A stretch of DNA of 64,000 bases, taken from NCBI GenBank assembly GCA_963717465.1, contig OY970340.1, positions 960,001-1,024,000 on the forward strand, given 5' to 3'. Below, piece by piece: positions 62,778 to 64,000 of the stretch (positions are counted from its first letter, which is position 1; every line of letters begins with the position of its first letter). This DNA is from Candidatus Bathyarchaeota archaeon. Lineage in GTDB: Archaea; Thermoproteota; Bathyarchaeia; Bathyarchaeales; Bathycorpusculaceae. The notes under the pieces were generated by a model. It worked only from the letters and a program-made list of their open reading frames with translations, made no database searches and was not told the DNA's origin. Position numbers and translations under genes: made by a program.

Positions 62778-63221
62778 TTAGGACTTCACCTCTTTAAACT
62801 CCAACGCTTGATTAGGGCAGTTTGCCACGCACGCTGGAGTCTTTAGGTCTTGGCAAAGGTCGCATTTAGCGATAATTTTATTCTGCTGGTCCATCTTTAC
62901 TGCGCCGTACGGGCATACCATGATGCAAGTCCAGCAGCCCATGCATTTCTCAGGGTTATGAATCACTTGGCCTGTTTTCTGGTCTTTTTGCATTGCTCCT
63001 GAGAGGCAAGCGGCTACGCATGCGGGATCCTCGCAGTTTCGGCATTGGATGGAGAATGAGATTGGTTTCTTCACTTCAAGCCTTATTCTGCTTATAGGTC
63101 GAGGGTTTTCCCTATTGTACGCTTTTATTGGATCTTTTGATTTTGAGTGTTGAACTATGCAGTAAACTTCGCATAATCCACATCCCATACATGCTTCTTG
63201 CTTGGCGATTATCTTTTTCAT
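62778..63221 (-). CDS. 4Fe-4S polyferredoxin (CooF/HycB-like)
   Basis: CMGCGLC..C, CRNC..PAC..C, CMGCWTC..CP, CDLC..PAC..CP. Confidence 0.9.
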   Translation of the reverse strand: MKKIIAKQEACMGCGLCEVYCIVQHSKSKDPIKAYNRENPRPISRIRLEVKKPISFSIQCRNCEDPACVAACLSGAMQKDQKTGQVIHNPEKCMGCWTCIMVCPYGAVKMDQQNKIIAKCDLCQDLKTPACVANCPNQALEFKEVKS

Positions 63222-63283
63222 TATTAAACCTCGCTTCTTTTCCGCTTAGCGTGGACAAGTAATCATCAAAATATGAAGTTCAA

Positions 63284-63489
63284 CGTCACTTGTACATGAG
63301 ATCGCGTCACTTGTACTTATTTCATCAGAGTTTTTTACTATTGATTTGCAAGTGTTCAGCGGCATTTTTTCACTTCTTTTTTGCGGATTAGCCCATTTAA
63401 GTGCCATGTATTCTATATAACTTTGTTGAAAATCATTTATATGCAGGCTAATGAAATATGTAGTATATATGAAATATATGTACAAGTGA
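63284..63489. promoter_or_regulatory. Repeated tcacttgtac boxes in the divergent promoter
   Basis: cgtcacttgtac at 63284 and 63305; inverted gtacaagtga at 63480. Confidence 0.55.
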
Positions 63490-63495
63490 GCGGAA

Positions 63496-64000
63496 ATGGC
63501 AGAAAAAGACCTAGGTTACAGACGCGTCCAATGCACAGGACGAGGCTCATACATAATATCATTACCCAAAGAATGGGTGGAAGACTTAGAATTAAAACGC
63601 GGAAGCGAAATCGCCTTCAGCATCCAACCAGATTCCACACTAACACTCGTACCGAGAAAATTAAAGGAAAAAGAGGGCAGAGACGAATCAGCCAAACTCA
63701 AAGAGTACTACATCAGCGTTAACCCAAAAGAAGACCCACAGTCAACATTACGCATGATCCGAGCATTGTACGCTATCGGCGCTGACATCATACGGATACA
63801 TTTTAAGAACGTTGAAGACGTCGCAAAATACAAAGCTCAAACGAAAAATTTTGTTCGTGACAACTTCTTAGGTTCAGAAATAATAGATGAGGCACCAGAC
63901 GAAATTACCCTGCAAATTCTAATCAAACACTCTGAGTTTCCCATTGAAAAAGCAGTAAGAAGAATGGCAATTGTGGCTCTTGCAGCCAACCGCGATGCTA
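63496..64000 (+). CDS. AbrB-PhoU domain regulator (runs off the window end)
   Basis: Manual translation MAEKDLGYRRVQCTGRGSYIISLPKEWV...LYAIGAD.I...LGSEIIDE. Confidence 0.85.
   Translation, partial: MAEKDLGYRRVQCTGRGSYIISLPKEWVEDLELKRGSEIAFSIQPDSTLTLVPRKLKEKEGRDESAKLKEYYISVNPKEDPQSTLRMIRALYAIGADIIRIHFKNVEDVAKYKAQTKNFVRDNFLGSEIIDEAPDEITLQILIKHSEFPIEKAVRRMAIVALAANRDA

Overview
Archaeal chromosomal window. Gene content suggests a Bathyarchaeia-like TACK lineage; this is an inference from TTG/GTG starts, DUF2096, Zn-ferredoxin, methanofuran genes and split glutamate synthase. Core content: tandem moeA, thymidylate synthase, thermosome, a DRE-TIM citrate/homocitrate synthase, a methanofuran cluster (mfnB-A-D-F-E plus a divergent HisA/F-like gene), TFS, the rpl15e-rpl13e-DUF54-rpp30-pop5 operon, rpl12, glyS, endA, DGGGP synthase, a beta-oxidation operon, a redox/oxidative-stress region and a glutamate synthase operon. 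Many genes in the first 28 kb, including essential ones, are frameshifted, which is most likely uncorrected long-read error. Two accessory patches stand out. The first (about 37.0-42.8 kb) holds two toxin-antitoxin modules, an orphan soluble MCP and a GC-rich amidohydrolase that appears to have replaced an acyl-CoA dehydrogenase. The second (about 56.5-58.0 kb) holds an AT-rich UbiA gene and a probable solo-cas1 remnant. Both share a family of short repeats; in the first these form nested direct pairs with an arm/8-bp spacer/arm layout resembling tyrosine-recombinase sites, the best candidate here for an undescribed cassette system. No rRNA, tRNA or CRISPR array was recognised. All family calls come from motif recognition, not database searches.
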